Part shown: positions 7,875 to 8,434 of the stretch, in pieces | Layout: every line of letters begins with the position of its first letter | How positions within the stretch are numbered: the stretch's first letter is position 1 | NCBI GenBank assembly: GCA_037447605.1 | Contig: JBBHKD010000061.1 | Coordinates: 1-8,434, forward strand | DNA from: Zygnema circumcarinatum SAG 698-1b | Lineage: Eukaryota; Plantae; Zygnematophyceae | Direction of reading: 5' to 3' | DNA length: 8,434 nucleotides | Made by a program: the position numbers and the translations under genes | The notes under the pieces: model-generated | Told to the model about the DNA's origin: nothing | Database searches by the model: none | What the model saw: only the letters and a program-made list of their open reading frames with translations

Positions 7875-8434
7875 ATGTGCTAGAGATGTAGCGTGCTTGA
7901 GCTTCGCGTTAACGGATCTCGTCCGTTCAATTGTACTTGGCGTATGCACTCTTCCGTGTCACGGATCAGCGAATCCAGGGCGCCAGGAGATTGAAACTGG
8001 CCAGCCATGCGTTGGCGGCCTGAGAACCTTTACCATCAGCAAAGCGCCGAACACCGCTTGAGCCGCCGTTCACCGACCGTTGACCTATCGAAGGCTCCCG
8101 CGCGTAGTCAGTCAGGCCTCTCGATGGGCTGATGGAGCTGTCCGGTTGTCACTACTAAGACTCAAGATCTATTGTAGATGTTAGTGATGGGATGTCGATG
8201 CTGTTTTGTCTTTAGTGCTGGGCTTGATATTTGTATTTGCTGTGTGGTTTGTTGTCTTGTTCTTCTTTTCTTCTTTCCTTCCTCTTGATTCTGACCTTGG
8301 TCTTTAAGTAGAGAGAGAGAGAGAGTTCCATGCCATATAGATAGAGAGAGAGAGAGAGAGAGAAAGGCTCTTCTTCTTTGATAGCATTCAGGCGTCCCAT
8401 TCAGCCCAGCTTTAGTGAATTTCAGTGAAGACGA
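7875..8434 (+). repeat. Putative 3' LTR, partial (runs off the window)
   Basis: Colinear direct repeat of about 405-971 at an offset of about 7470 nt, located downstream of the integrase C-terminus. By eye about 90% identical over 8204-8286, much lower over 7975-8170. Confidence 0.78.
8310..8362 (+). repeat. Paired (AG)n microsatellites, (AG)8 and (AG)10, around TTCCATGCCATATAGAT
   Basis: Read directly: (AG)8 at 8310-8325, 17-nt core at 8326-8342, (AG)10 at 8343-8362. Counterpart of 843-897. Confidence 0.95.

Larger units (their letters stand above)
390..8434 (+). mobile_element. Degenerate Ty3/Gypsy LTR retrotransposon (PR-RT-RH-IN order), truncated by the window end; 5' boundary uncertain
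   Basis: Direct repeats at both ends, a PBS at 1401, and pol motifs in Gypsy order with integrase after RT/RNase H: DTGA 4053, RKLN 4951, LGH 5369, ADWS 5672, TDH 5870, HHCC 6509-6634, SDNG 6904, AER 7009, GPF 7440. Confidence 0.94.

Overview
The window holds one decayed eukaryotic Ty3/Gypsy (Metaviridae-type) LTR retrotransposon on the + strand, cut off by the window end inside its 3' terminal repeat. Order of parts: (1) a left repeat copy, alignable over about 405-971 and probably running to about 1400; (2) a plant-type tRNA-iMet primer-binding site, TGGTATCAGAGC, at 1401-1412; (3) about 2.6 kb of decayed ORF sequence, only weakly gag-like; (4) pol in Gypsy order: aspartic protease (DTGA), reverse transcriptase, RNase H, integrase (HHCC, DDE, GPF); (5) a right repeat copy from about 7875 to the window end. 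The element is non-autonomous: protease, RT and the integrase core are frameshifted, and the RT YxDD site appears to read YVNT. I found no RNA gene, CRISPR array or host gene. The main oddities are patchy divergence between the two terminal repeats, an intact ~480-codon RNase H/integrase-zinc-finger block between scrambled domains, no polypurine tract, and an unusually long pre-protease region. These fit an old, possibly chimeric element. I see no convincing evidence of a new biological system. All alignments were done by eye and identities are approximate. A green-plant or algal host is inferred from the PBS, not established.
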